Shown: positions 37,926 to 50,584, counted from the first letter of the stretch. The stretch: 64,000 bases of DNA from Octopus sinensis (GCF_006345805.1 NC_042998.1:11532001-11596000), one strand, 5' to 3'. The notes: a model not told the origin generated them from the letters alone. Translations and numbers: made by a program.

Positions 37926-38415
37926 AACCATGTAGGTATGAAGTCTTTTGAATCTGCTCTAACTCATAACAGACTGTATAGCAAAAACATTTCTACTGAC
38001 ATTTCATTGCCCTACACCATCAAAACATTGAAAATATCACCACTTTCTCTTATGATACTATGGTTAGAGGCACTTGAACAAGTGCTGCTTAGTGAGATTG
38101 AACTTGAAGCCGTATTGCTGTACAGTGAAATTCTTTATCACATAGCATCCACATCACTTTCTTAGACAAAGTACTAAATGCCTTACTAGGCCTCCGGGTG
38201 GCAAAAACATTTCTACTGACATTTCATTACCCTACACCATCAAAGCATTGAAAATATCACCACTTTCTCTTAGTATACATCTCATATGTAAATACATTTT
38301 TTATATTTATTCAGATTTGTGTAGTGTGTGTGAGTATAACCTGTCTTGCTCCAACAGATGTCTAATATCATCGTATTTTCTTTTCTCTTTTCAGTTCCAC
38401 TTACCCCCAATCACC

Positions 38416-38529
38416 ATGACAACCAGTCCAACTGGTATTCCTGGTTCAATTCACCTGAAATGGAATCCCAGGAATTTAGATATTCGAACAAAGTCAGTGG
38501 AAAAAACACTAGAACCTTTAGTTACGCAG
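38416..38529 (+). CDS. CTNNA: Alpha-catenin coding exon 1 (exon starts at 38395; MTTSPTGIPGSIHLKWNPRNLDIRTKSVEKTLEPLVTQ)
   Basis: Hallmark W.P..L.IRT..VE.TLEPLVTQ; acceptor TTTTCAG at 38388-38394; donor CAG|GTGAAA; phase 0. Confidence 0.95.
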
Positions 38530-38620
38530 GTGAAATAAAGCAATAATATTCATTTTTTTTCTTTATATTTTCTCCTATGTTGCTAAGTAAAAAAAATTTG
38601 CTTTTTTTTTTTTTTCTTTC

Positions 38621-38997
38621 TTTACTTGTTTCAGTCATTTGACTGCGGCCATGCTGGAGCACCGCCTTTAGTCAAGCAAATCGACCTCGGGACTTATTCT
38701 TTGTAAGCCCAGTACTTATTCTATTGGTCTCTTTTGCCGAACTGCTAAGTGATGGGGACGTAAACACACCAGCATCGGTTGTCAAACAATGCTAGGGGGA
38801 CAGACACACAAACACACACACATATATACATATATACGACAGGCTTCTTTCAGTTTCCGTCTACCAAATCCACTCACAAGGCATTGGTCGGCCCGGGGCT
38901 ATAGCAGAAGACACTTGCCCAAGATGCCACGCAGTGGGACTGAACCCGGAACCATGTGGTTGGTAAGCAAGCTACTTACCACACAGCCACTCCTGCG
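38621..38997 (-). mobile_element. SINE family 1, ~90 nt downstream of the donor
   Basis: Similarity to the other copies. Confidence 0.9.
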
Positions 38998-39374
38998 ACT
39001 ATGATTCAACTTTTTTTTATTTCTTTATTTCTTTATCTTTTTTTTGATATTTCCTCTGTGGTTGCAATCTCTTGCTCACCCAGCAAGTCATTCGGTTAAG
39101 TTTCATTTGTCTCAATCTGTTCCATGTTTATTTTAGTTCTGTTAATTATCTGCTCATCAACCTGCAATGCTTGTTTATCCAATTTTTATAAACCGTTCTC
39201 ATATTTCATTACTATTTCTGTATTCTTTGGCTGGGAATGATTTCATATTTCATTTATTCATTCATTTTTGAGCTGCTGGTGGAATCCCTTTATTTATTAC
39301 CATATTTAATGACATATAAGGCACATGAACATGCAAAATGCACTCCCAGTTTAGGAGGGAATACATATATATAT

Positions 39375-40097
39375 ATCGCCTGGCCCTCGTGCCGGTGGCA
39401 CATAAAAAGCACCATCCGTTCGTGGCCGTTTGCCAGCTCTGTCTGGCACCAGTGCGGGTGGCACGTAAAAAGCACCCACTACACTCACGGAGTGGTTGGC
39501 GTTAGGAAGGGCATCCAGCCGTAGAAACACTGCCAGATTTGACTGGGCCTGATGAAGCCTTCTGGCTTCACAGACCCCAGTAGAACCGTCCAACCCATGC
39601 TAGCATGGAAAACAGACGCTAAATGATGATGATGATGATGATGATGATGTATGTAAACAAAATAAATCAAGTATTTAATGTTTGCAGCGCCGCCTCCACT
39701 GGCTTCTGTGCCGGTGGCACATAAAAAGCACCATCCGAACGTGACCGATGCCAGCACACCTCGACTGGCTTCTGTGCCGGTGGCACATAAAAAGCACCAT
39801 CCGAACGTGGCCGATGCCAGCGCTGCCTTGGCTAGCTTCCGTGCTGGTGGCACGTTAAAAGCACCAACCGATCGTGGCCGATACCAGACCCCCCTGGCAC
39901 CTGTGCAGGTGGCACGTAAAAAGCACCCACTACACTCGCAGAGTGGTTGGCGTTAGGAAGGGCATCCAGCTGTAGAAACACTGCCAGATCTGACTGGAGC
40001 CTGGTGCAGCCCCTGGCTTCCCAGACCCCGGTCGAACCGTCCAACCCGTGCTAGTGCAGAAAACGGACGTTAAACAAAGATGATGATGATGATGATT
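39375..40097 (+). mobile_element. Two adjacent RTE 3' UTR copies (39375-39650 and 39683-40097); the second has 4 repeat cores
   Basis: Family motifs and (TGA)n tails. Confidence 0.85.
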
Positions 40098-40170
40098 ATA
40101 GAAAGGATTGAACAACAGTACAACTAGAATAGTGGGTGGGGGGCATTTTAATAATAATACTGTAATTTAA

Positions 40171-40383
40171 CCCTTTAGCATTCAAATCAGCCATATCTGG
40201 CTTAAATATTCTTTTTGTTCAAACCACCAGCTCTGCCCTCTCACACCTACCCTACAATGTCTTTCTAAAAATAAGCAATCACTTTATGAAAATCTCAAAG
40301 CCACAAGATAATGCATGATTAATTCAAAATGATGTGAATAAGTATACATTACATTTTACTGAATCATCTCGATGCTAAAGAAA
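40171..40383 (+). mobile_element. piggyBac-type MITE with a degenerate right end
   Basis: TTAA|CCCTTTAGCATTCAAA; similar to 37683-37903. Confidence 0.7.
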
Positions 40384-40666
40384 ATAGTAGTAGCTTTGCT
40401 TTAACAGAACAAAGTAGTGTACATAAAAAAAAGTTATCACTGCTGTTGAATATAACATAGGCAATCACAGTAGTTAAAATAGCCTGCATGAGCAGCTTAT
40501 ATTGCAAGAGAAAGCAAAAACACCTTAGCTATAACAAACATTATTGCATATGAAAAGCAAGTTACCAGTTGAACATAAACAAAATTACTGTATGAAATCA
40601 GGATACAAACATTAATTTCTTTAACAAAATCTCTAGCTATCTTCAAAACCAGAGAATTCTTCATCA

Positions 40667-40880
40667 TCTATTATATAAAATCTGTTCTGTCTGTGTGTGT
40701 GTGTCTTCTAGGATCTCGGGCATCCTCCATCCGATTGCGCTCAAATTTGATATGTAGATACCGACAGTATCAGGGCGTGTATAAGTCTTGAAAAATTTAC
40801 AAAAATCAATTCCAGGTGAGTATGCGATCGATAAAGCCGTGGGAACGTGCATTTGTACGCGCAAGTACATCAGCTGTTGT
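40667..40880 (+). mobile_element. Probable Helitron 5' portion (third subfamily); 3' end not identified
   Basis: A|TCTATTATATAAAATCTG..GTCTGTGTG start, similar to the other Helitron 5' ends. Confidence 0.45.
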
Positions 40881-41165
40881 GATGTACTTACTGGTACTTT
40901 AAACTCTTCGGTTGCATACTTGTGTGAATAAAATCGTTTTTCTTTGGAATAGAAAAAAAGTCTATCTGTATTTCTTCTTTTGCTGGTGTCTCAAATTGAG
41001 GTTAAATCAGTGTTTCTCAAAGGGGAGGCCCATGGGACGTTCGCACAAGTTGTTTGGTGAAAATTTTGTTTAATTGTTTGACTACTCAGCACCGTCCATT
41101 GGACGGGGGACGTTTTGTTAAAGAATAAAAACTGATCCTGACTGCAGTATCACTGCCTTTACATA

Positions 41166-42044
41166 CATGGTATTTGCTCTAAATTTAACACTTTGCATTA
41201 AAGGAAAAGAAAACACATTATCCCAGCCAGAAATAAAAGTATTTTTAAAATAACCTCAAATATCAATTAGATTATGGTTGGGAAATAATAGCTTTAAGTA
41301 GTCACTCTCAGCTTCCACCACTGCTCCAAGACGGCTCTGGAACCTGGCTCATGCATTCCTCACTGAGTCTCTGGGAAGATCTTTGAACAGCACCTTCATC
41401 TTGGCCTTCATGTTGTAGGCAGAAAAGTTGGTGTCTTTCTCAACTGCTACCAGCACATAGTAATGAGATTACCACCAGGTGAATTTGCAAGGCCATAAAT
41501 TGGGGCTGGTGAAGTTGTAGAAAAAATTCTTCAGTAACCACTTCTGACTCTTTTTGGAGGTATAGCAAGGAGCTGAATCCTACTGCCACACACATGGCCT
41601 TCCAGCAGCAACCTTCTGACCATAGTCTCTAGCAGCTTCATGTAGCTGTCTGAATTGAGCCTAAGACTCTTTTCAAAGATGTGGAGATGACTTCTGGCAT
41701 GTGGATGTAGCCAGGATGTCTGCCATGTCCCTTCCTGCTGGCCATGGTGCTATAGTCTCTGTTTTGGCTGTCCATGTCACATCTTCCAGCCTTTACAGTG
41801 TTCACAGAGCATTGAGAATTAGTTATGATGTTGGAATTTTGATACCCATTGTGAATCCTTGTTATAGATAACTCTTTTTCCAGTATTCAGATGGCTTCCA
41901 GTCTTTCAAGTCAGCAAACTTTTTCTCAACTATAATTCTAATCTTTATCCTCTCCAATGCTGCCGACTGTTCACCAATGCTTCTAGCTGTTCCTGGAATA
42001 GGAGACATAAAAAAAAAACTGTCAAATTTAACCTGAACACCCTG
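41166..42044 (-). mobile_element. Internally deleted Tc1/mariner-superfamily element (maT-like)
   Basis: Broken frames give LRLNSDSYMKLLE, W.*DSAPCYTSKKSQKW, YV..AVEKDTN, RFQSRLGAVVEAESDY; TIR TA|CAGGGTGTTCAGGTTAAATTTGACAG at the right and a 17/26 match at the left. Confidence 0.8.
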
Positions 42045-43739
42045 TAAAGTATCATCTTTAGTGCTGTCAGGGGTATTGTTAATTCTACACTTCTTAAAAA
42101 AGCTTGACAGTCATTGCAATTCTTATATTTTTCCATGATTTTTTTATCCACTCACATACTTGTACTACAGTGGGCCATTTCGTTCCTCCTGTGGGTAATG
42201 ATCTGGAACTCCAATCCACTTAGAATTCTTGCTTTATGATAAATAGGCATGGTTAGAGTTTTAGGGAACAAGTATAAAGTGAAATGTTTAATAAAAGGTA
42301 TTGTGGGTGCTAGACAGTAAAATACTATAGGGATGGTGGGATAAGGTGCATTGAATATACTTCGTGTAAGGGAACTATAGTTTGGAGGAGTATAACATTG
42401 TATTAACTATATAAAAAGCAGAGGAGTGGGGAATCACTCTAATGAAAGATTGATTGTAAATGCCAAAGAAGGGTGGTATATCAAGTGAAGAAATAAGCAT
42501 TTTAATATATTTTACATACAACTGGTGAGCTAATTACTGGAATTTTCTTGAAAAGAAATTTCCATTGAAGCTAGAATTATTAGAAATATCTACATATTTT
42601 ATGTTGTTTGTTTCTCATGAAGATAGTAGTAAGGATACAAATGTTTCATATGTGTGATAGAAGAAAGAAAATTTACATACATTCAGTGTTGGCAGTATGA
42701 TGGAAGAATAAAGCAGAGAAGGTTTAAATGTAAAACACCCGCTAAACAACCCATTTATTATTAGTGGATTATGTTCTCAAAATAAGTGCAGGTGTAGCAG
42801 TGTGATAAGAAGTTAGCTGCTCAATCACATGGTTCTGGTTTCAGTCCCACTATGTGGAACCTTGGACAAATGTCTTCTACTATAGCTTTGGGGCAGTCAA
42901 AGCCTTGTGAGAGGATTTGGTTGACAGAAACTGAAAGAAGCCCATAATAAACGTGTGTCTTTGTCCCCCCCCCATGAATACTAGATATCTGATGTTGGCA
43001 TGTTTATGTCCCTGTAACTTAACAGTTTGGCAAAAGACACCGATAGAATAAGTACCAGGCTTAAAAAAAGTAAATACAGGAATCAGTTCATTTTATTCGA
43101 AATTCTTGAATTTGATTCAAATGACTGAAACAAGTAAGAGAATACAAAAATAATTTATTAATTTACCTCTTTTTCTCATTGTTTTGAAGTGATGGTAAGT
43201 AATTCTTAAGTGGAATAGTTTGTACTGTTTTTGTTTTTCCCCCAAAATACTATTTAAAGTTTGGTGTACTACAGTTAGTTTATAAAGTGGACAGCTATCT
43301 TTGCTCTAGTGCAGTATATCATTTGAAATTTTTTTATTTTTAAATCCTACCAATTCATACAGTATTGCAAGAAATTGTACTTCCCTAAATACTTTAAAAC
43401 TAGCATGAATGGGTCATAAAAAGTTAAGTGTCTTTATTTTGAACACTATACATTATTGATTTGTTAAACTTTCAACCCACTGGCCAATAGTTTTATGATT
43501 TGTCTTGATGTTCTCAAAGACCAACAGATATCAACACTTAAGAGAACTCTTGCTTTTTTTGTTTTAATCTTTGTCACACTGCTGTTCAGTAAGAACTTTT
43601 AATTACATTTTAAATTAAACATAAATTTGATCCTTGAAATATACACATTTTGTTTAAACTTTTAAAATACATTCTTTGGATGACTTCTAACTGATGAGCT
43701 GATAATTTCAAACTTAAAATATATTCAATTTTGGCGTAG

Positions 43740-43929
43740 GTCACAACACTGGTCAGTCAGAAAGGTCCAGTCAAAAAGAAGAAAGGACATTCCAAAAAAG
43801 CCCACGTTCTCAGTGCTGCTGTGCAGAAAGCTACGGAAAACTTTATTGAACGTGGTGAAGAGATCGCAGAAGAAAATCCTGAGATTCGAGAAGACATGTT
43901 GCTTGCTGTAGAGGATGTCCGTAAAACTG
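43740..43929 (+). CDS. CTNNA: Alpha-catenin coding exon 2 (VTTLVSQKGP...AVEDVRKT-G)
   Basis: TAG| acceptor, |GTATGT donor, 190 nt, ends in phase 1. Confidence 0.96.
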
Positions 43930-44231
43930 GTATGTATATTGCTATAAAAACCTTCTTGTATTTGGTTTATACAATTACTTTTTCTCTTCCCTTTCTCTTT
44001 TTCTTCTGAAAGAATTTACTCTGAAGCCATTAGTAAATTATTCTGTCAGCAGCATTGCAGGTCCATGGGCAAGAAAAGTGACTCTTAGATTGCCCAGTCC
44101 ACCAAACTGGAAATTGGTGGTGTAGAATTACAGTTTGTTACCCTAATCCATGTTAGGTGCGTAATATTCAGAAGTTGTTCATTGGCTTGCAGTTCTGTGT
44201 TCAGCATCCCCTGGGAGTCAGAGAAGGCATT

Positions 44232-44558
44232 TTAGTACTCCAGCGCCGCCCCGACTGGCCTCGTGCCGGTGGCACGTAAAAAGCACCATCTGTTCGTGGC
44301 CGTTGCCAACCTCGCCTGGCCTCCGTGCTGGTGGCACATAAAAAGCACCATCCGATCGTGGCCGTTTGCCAGACTCGTCTGGCATGTAAAAAGCACCCAC
44401 TACACTCATGGAGTGGTTGGCATTAGGAAGGGCATCCAGCCGTAGAAACATTGCCAGATCAGACTGGGCCTGGTGCAGCCTTCTGGCTTCCCAGACCCCA
44501 CTTGAACCGTCCAACCCATACTAGCATGGAAAGCGGATGCTAAACGATGATGATGATG
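44232..44558 (+). mobile_element. RTE 3' UTR copy
   Basis: Family motifs. Confidence 0.85.
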
Positions 44559-44954
44559 TCCTGTTAAGTTTGAATCCTTGTCCTCATTAGGAACTGCCTG
44601 TAATAGTGGGTGTTCAACAGCTGAATCATTAACATATATATATATCCACTACTTGATCAGCATCTTCTTAGCCATGAAAGTTAGCCATCATGTTATTTAT
44701 TAGGTGTTTCCAGCCAAGCCTGCCTAAGCTATGAGGAGTATATTATCAGATTAATGTCAGTCAGACTCGAACTTAGCATAATCATCATTATTGTTTTTAT
44801 GTCAATTTTACCATGCTTGCACAGTTCAGATGGAATTTGTTGAGGTAGATTTTCTATAGTTTGATACCCTTCCTTTTGCCAATACTCACTTGTTAGACTT
44901 GCTACATGGATCAAAAAAAAAAAAAATGAAAAAAGCAACCCTGAAATAATGTTT

Positions 44955-45263
44955 CAAATGGTGGCCCTCATGGAGGCAAAGACGAATGACCAAGACCTTT
45001 CGAATTATGTTGTGCTTGAGAAGACCCAAGCCAAATAAAATCACAGTCGTAGCAGATACTGGTGTCATGCAAATGGCACTTGTGCTAGTGGCATGTAAAA
45101 GCACCCATTACACACACAGTGGTTAGTGTTAGGAAGGGCCTCCAGCCATAGGAACTATGCCAGATCAGATTTAAGTCTGGTGCGGCCTTCAAGCTTGCCA
45201 GCCCTGTTCAAACCATCCAACCCGTGCCAGCATGGACAACGAATATTAAATGATGATGATGAC
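44955..45263 (+). mobile_element. Decayed RTE ORF end (MEAKTNDQDL..YVVLEKT) plus 3' UTR
   Basis: Similar to the end of the 57772-59070 element. Confidence 0.7.
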
Positions 45264-45559
45264 TACTAGTCAATAACTATTATTTTCACTTTTTCTGGTA
45301 AGTACGGAAGACACTTCTGAATATATATTTCAGTCAAAAACTCATCAGTCTTAGACATCATCAGTAAAGCATAGCCCTCAACAGACTTAATCGTTTGTCT
45401 ATCCTGTGTATCACACGAACATATTTTCCTGGATTCCATGAGTCCTATGATATACTTTCCCAATTTATTCAATGACCAGAGTAGCATAGGATTTAGAAAA
45501 GTTTTATATTATTCAGGAGTGAGACTGTAACCGTGGCCTATGCCAGTGCAGCAAAACCA

Positions 45560-46135
45560 GCCCATTTAAGAGTACCCTTCAATTGTTGGGCAATTTGTTG
45601 TGCTTGAGAAGTCCTGTCAGGGCAAGTTGTCATGGCTGATGACTGTATCGCCTGATTGGTACCTGTGCCAATGGCACGTAAAAAGCACTATTCGAGTGTG
45701 GTTGATGCCAGTGCTACCTGATTGGTCCTATGCCTGCAGCATGTAAAAAGCACCATTCAAACCTGATCGTTGCTAGTGCTACTTGACTGGTTCCCATGCC
45801 AGTGGGATGTAAAAAGCACCATTTGAGCTTGGTCAATGCCAGTGCCGGTCGACTGGTCCCATGCCGGTGGCATGTAAAAAGCACCATACGAGCGTGGTCA
45901 TTGCCAGTGTCGCCTGACTGGTTCCTGTGCCAGTGGCATGTAAAAAGCACAATTCAAATGTGGCTGGTGCCAGTACCGCCTGACTGGCCCTTATGCCAGT
46001 GGTACGTAAAAGCACCCTCTTCATCCTTGGAGTGGCTGGTGTTAGGAAGGGCATCCAGCTGTAGAAACATTGCCAGATTGGATTGGAGCCTAATGCAGCA
46101 TGGAAAGGGGACGTTAAACGACAATGATGATGATA
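45560..46135 (+). mobile_element. RTE 3' end with six 65-66 bp tandem units
   Basis: TAAAAAGCAC cores at 45679, 45744, 45810, 45875, 45941 and 46007. Confidence 0.85.
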
Positions 46136-46582
46136 ACATGAAATAAGGGCTAACTAAAGGTTTGAAAACAAGCTTGAACTTTTAGGACAAATTTATGAAT
46201 GCTTTGAACAGGCAAAGGCTTAACAAGATAGTGGCAAAAGTATCAAATTATCTACTAGTTTAATAAGCTATTATTAAATTAATATTTCATGTCTAATAAA
46301 ATAATGAAGTGTTATTTAATTGAAGTTTAATAAATTCTATGAAATCTATTATTCATTTTGCTCTTTATATACTAAATCTTCAATTATATCACTTGTACAT
46401 TGTTTATAGATCCAGAAATAATTTAGTCCATTTGCATATGGCCTTTTGGTAACTGCTGTATAGCCATATAAATGTTATATACAACAATGCATTATTTTGT
46501 ATCGGTAAAACATATTTCTGAAAGATGAAAGCCAAACATTTACTCAAATGCTATGGTGGTCTTCCATGTAACTATTAGGTAA

Positions 46583-46817
46583 GGTGGCGAGCTGGCAGAA
46601 ACATTAGCACACCGGGCGAAATGCTCAGCGGTATTTCGTCTGCCGCTACGTTCTGAGTTCAAATTCCGCCAAGGTCGACTTTGCCTTTCATCCTTTCGGG
46701 GTCGATTAAATAAGTACCAGTTACGCACTGGAGTCGATATAATCGACTTAATCCGTTTGTCTGTCCTTGTTTGTCCTCTCTGTGTTTAGCCCCTTGTGGG
46801 TAGTAAAGAAATAGGTA
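46583..46817 (+). mobile_element. SINE family 2, full length (another at 48522-48748)
   Basis: Head, core and tail present. Confidence 0.9.
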
Positions 46818-47367
46818 TGCGAAAAGTAGTGGCCTAATTCCTCTTGACAAAATTCAGTGCTGAATGTTTTCTTTTCTTGCCCTCAATAAACAATGGTGTA
46901 GTTAAAAGCTTGAAAATCAAAATGAATTCTTCGTTTGACCAAATACTTTTCATATATCTGTAGAAAGTGTACCAACCAGATTTTGTAACCTCTACATGGG
47001 TTTCTAGACTTGCTAGAAATAGCAGCCTGTCTTAAAAATGATGTGTAATATATATATATATATATATATATATAAGATATACAGTGTTCTAAAAATGATG
47101 GGATGGTCATGGCTGAACTGTTTCTGATCATAAGTTTGTTCATAGAGAGAGGAGAAAGAGAAGCCCATTAATCTAAACATTTGATTGGGTTTGAAATTAG
47201 ATATGTTATATGTTAATTTTTTTTTTCTTCTGTGTTTTAATAAACTTTAGAATCTCTATGCATTACATTGTCCATAGCAAAATGGTAATTGAACCATTTC
47301 TAGTTTATTGGATCTAGATTACTTCTCCTTGCATTGATATTTTATGAGTTATCTTCATTAGATATCA

Positions 47368-47673
47368 TAGTACAGCTCCCATGACTTTCGGAAACATTTT
47401 TTCATGCTAAGAGTTGCTGAAGCATGGAACAAACTGCCGGCATCAGTTGTTAGTTGTCGGAGCACTGCATCCTTCAAAACTTCCATGCTTCCTGAGATTC
47501 GCCAACACTACACCTGATTTTCTCCCCTCCATACACACACAAGCATGTATCTGACTCATACATTGTTCACTTTCCAGACATTTGTACATTACTGCATATA
47601 CTTTATACGCACTTTTGACAAGTTGTGGTGCACCTGAGCACTATATACAATAATTTCATTATTATTATTATTT
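47368..47673 (+). mobile_element. CR1-like LINE 3' end (second family) with (ATT)n tail; twin at ~53330-53645
   Basis: F..RVAEAWNKLPAS.VSCRSTASFK; near-identical copies. Confidence 0.9.
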
Positions 47674-47689
47674 ATGATTTCCATTCTAG

Positions 47690-47856
47690 GTGATGAAATG
47701 GGAAGAGCCTCTCAAGAATTTGCTAATGATCCTTGTTCTTCCGCTAAACGAAGTGCTATGGTTCTAGCAGCTAGAGGACTTCTCTCAGCAGTGACTCGTC
47801 TTCTAATCTTGGCAGATATGTCTGATGTGAATCATCTTCTGAAGACTTTACATAAT
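47690..47856 (+). CDS. CTNNA: Alpha-catenin coding exon 3 (G-DEMGRASQEFANDPCSSAKRSAMVLAARGLLSAVTRLLILADM...LHN)
   Basis: CTAG| acceptor, |GTAAGT donor, 167 nt, phase 1 to phase 0. Confidence 0.97.
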
Positions 47857-48840
47857 GTAAGTCTAAATTTCCTGTTTAATTTTTTCCATATAAAAATGAA
47901 ATTTCATCTCAGTATGTTGGATCTCTCAAAGATATCAAAAGACTGTGGCAAAACATTTTAAGGAGGGACCCATCCAACTTGTCTGAAAAACAGGCATAAA
48001 AATATGATTGCACATACATTTTAAAATCTGCTAGTCCTCTTTATCCCTAATGCATTATTAAATATTGACTGCTCCTTGTCATTTAACCAGGTTTTTGCTT
48101 GTATGTTGGGTCTTACCACCATCTTTATCAATGAAATTAGGTTGTACTGTCCTGCACCAAATCTTCTCTCAGGTACCAAGTTTAGCTTTTCTTGAGGAAC
48201 CTGACACTGCAGTGGGGGGAAAAAATGGATTAACCAATACAAATAGTCATTATTATGATAACTTTCCCATCTAGTATGTTTTATAGTAAACTCTTTATTT
48301 GGCTGGTATTTAATTATACTGATCCAAAAAGGATGATATGTGAGGATAACCTCTGGGTAGTTTGAACTTAGAATGTAAATAACTGAATACTGCAAGCATT
48401 TTGTTTGAGGCTCTAATGATTCTGTCAGTCCACTGTCTAATATTAACATGCGATCTATATAGCTACACTGATACATTTTTTATCTTAACCTCCAGTAATG
48501 CTAAACTATTTGGATATGCAAAGCGGTGAGCTGGCAGAAACGTTAGCACGCCGGGCGAAATGCTCAGTAGTATTTCGTCTGTCATTACGTTCTGGGTTCA
48601 AACACCGCCGAGGTCAACTTTGCCTTTCATCTTTTCGGGGTTGATAAAGTACCAGTTGCGCACTGGGGTCGATGTAGTTGACTTAATCCCTTTGTCTGTC
48701 TTTGTTTGTCCCCTCTATGTTTAGCCCCTTGTGGGCAATAAAGAAATATATTTGGATATGCATTTTTCAATAACTTGTTTTAATAGCTAAATTACTAAAA
48801 ACATTTATTCTTTTAATAAAAAGAAAACAATTTTCTTTTA

Positions 48841-49120
48841 GAGTGGTTGCATACTGTCAACTTAACATGACAGTCCCGTAAGGGAATTACACCACCGCTG
48901 TTCAGCCCTAGGAATCATCAACGCTTCCTGTCGGCTTTGACACATTTCCTGTGTCCTTATATATTTACGAAGGAGGTATTTGTCTCCCCTTCGTAAATAT
49001 ATAAGGACACAGGAAATGTATCAAGGCCGATAGGAAGCGTCGATGCTTCCTAGGGCTAAACAGCGGTGGTGTAATTCCCTTACAGGACTGTCACATTAAG
49101 TCGACAGTATGCAACCACTC
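48841..49120. repeat. 280-bp fold-back (133-bp arms, 14-nt loop), probably an inverted Penelope-like fragment
   Basis: Gapless inverted repeat with 10 mismatches; a related non-palindromic copy at ~54975-55245. Confidence 0.85.
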
Positions 49121-50584
49121 TATCGCTCCACCACCACTCATGTCTCTATGAGATATTTAGAAATTTAATATTTCTAATTTTCTTTTAATAATATTAAATC
49201 AAATTTGCTTAGATATATAAAAATGCCTCAGATTTTAGTGTTTTTTCTCTATCAGTTATTAATACCTCTATAAGCATTGACACTTGTCATGAAGCTTTGG
49301 TTCTGATATTGAACTCCTTACATTCTTAAGCTGTTGATTTTTAAAACAATTTTTTTTTTCGTGAACAATGCTCAGTGTGTTACTAAGTCAGATCTATGGG
49401 TGCAGTAGAAGATATTGCCCAAGGTGTTGCATTCCCTCTCTCTCTTTCGGAGAGGCACTGAGCAGCTATACGCACACATACACACACGGCAGTAACTTCC
49501 ACCTACTGAATTCAATCACAAAGCTCCTGTCGGCTCGGGGCTATAGTGGAAAGCACCTACCCAAAGTGCCATGCAGTGGGACTGAACCCGAAACCATGTA
49601 GTTAGGAAGCAAGCTCCCTAACCACACAGCCATACCCGCATTGTAAAATGGAATCCTGAACCACATGGTCAGAAAGTGGACTTCTCTAACACCTCCATAC
49701 TTGTTTCTATATGTATTTCTGTTTTTCTCCATGTGCAAATATTTTTCTGTTGATCAAAGACAAGAGACCTACTGTACTGAGGAAGTCCCACATGACACAA
49801 ATGTGAATATAACTGTCCTCTTGCTAGTAAACAAAGATAAAATAGTTTCTTAATCCCTAGGTAATTTTGTGAAATGTATTCTTAATATTCTCTCTTTTTC
49901 TGTGAGAGTTGCAAACAATTGCTGCTAAAGTTTTTGGTTTCTTTCTCGAAATGTCATTAGAACATAAGGTAGAATGCCTCACTGATGCTATGTATTCTAA
50001 GTTCAAACCTTGCCACGGTCAACTTTGCTTTTTATCCCTTCAGATGTAAATTAAAAATACCTATCCAGGGGAGTGAATTGGTGAAACTAAAACCCTTTGA
50101 ACTGGTTGTCTTGGGGTATTTTTTCCAGTTGTGTGGCCTGCTTGGGAGTAGATTTAATCCATCACCTGGATTGTCTACCACCTGGGGTACATTTGCTGAG
50201 TACACTCTATTGAAAGCATTTACACCAAGTCTCTGGTTTGAAAGTGCCCTTAATTCTCTCTCCCACCAGTCTTGTAGTTCTGTGCAGTGTTAGGAGCACT
50301 ACTTTACCTCTTGACAAAAGATTAAAAGAAAAAAAACAACCCAACAATGTGGAAAATTCAATTGTTAATTTTTAACATTATTCAATGCATTACCCTTTAA
50401 TTTATTCATTTAAAATCATACCAGTGGCCTGCTTGAATTATTTTCCTTCACTTATTTTCTGTTGTTCATGTTCTTAGGAAAGGGAAATAAAATTTAGAAA
50501 TCAACCTCTTTTGTAAATATATAAAAATTATTTATCAAAAGTTTGAAACAAATATCTTTTAACACTTGTCTTATTTTAACCCAG

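Noticed and set aside
43821-44009. ORF-track starts and ends for the alpha-catenin pieces (also 38248, 47674, 50543, 51611, 59596)
   Set aside because: They run into introns; replaced by splice-site-defined exons.
45640-46020. Repeat/spacer periodicity resembling a CRISPR array
   Set aside because: The linkers are homologous to one another, the units are part of an RTE 3' UTR, the context is eukaryotic and there are no cas genes.
48839-49122. TA-flanked MITE interpretation of the 280-bp palindrome
   Set aside because: Homology with the 55 kb copy extends beyond the right TA, so that is not an element end.
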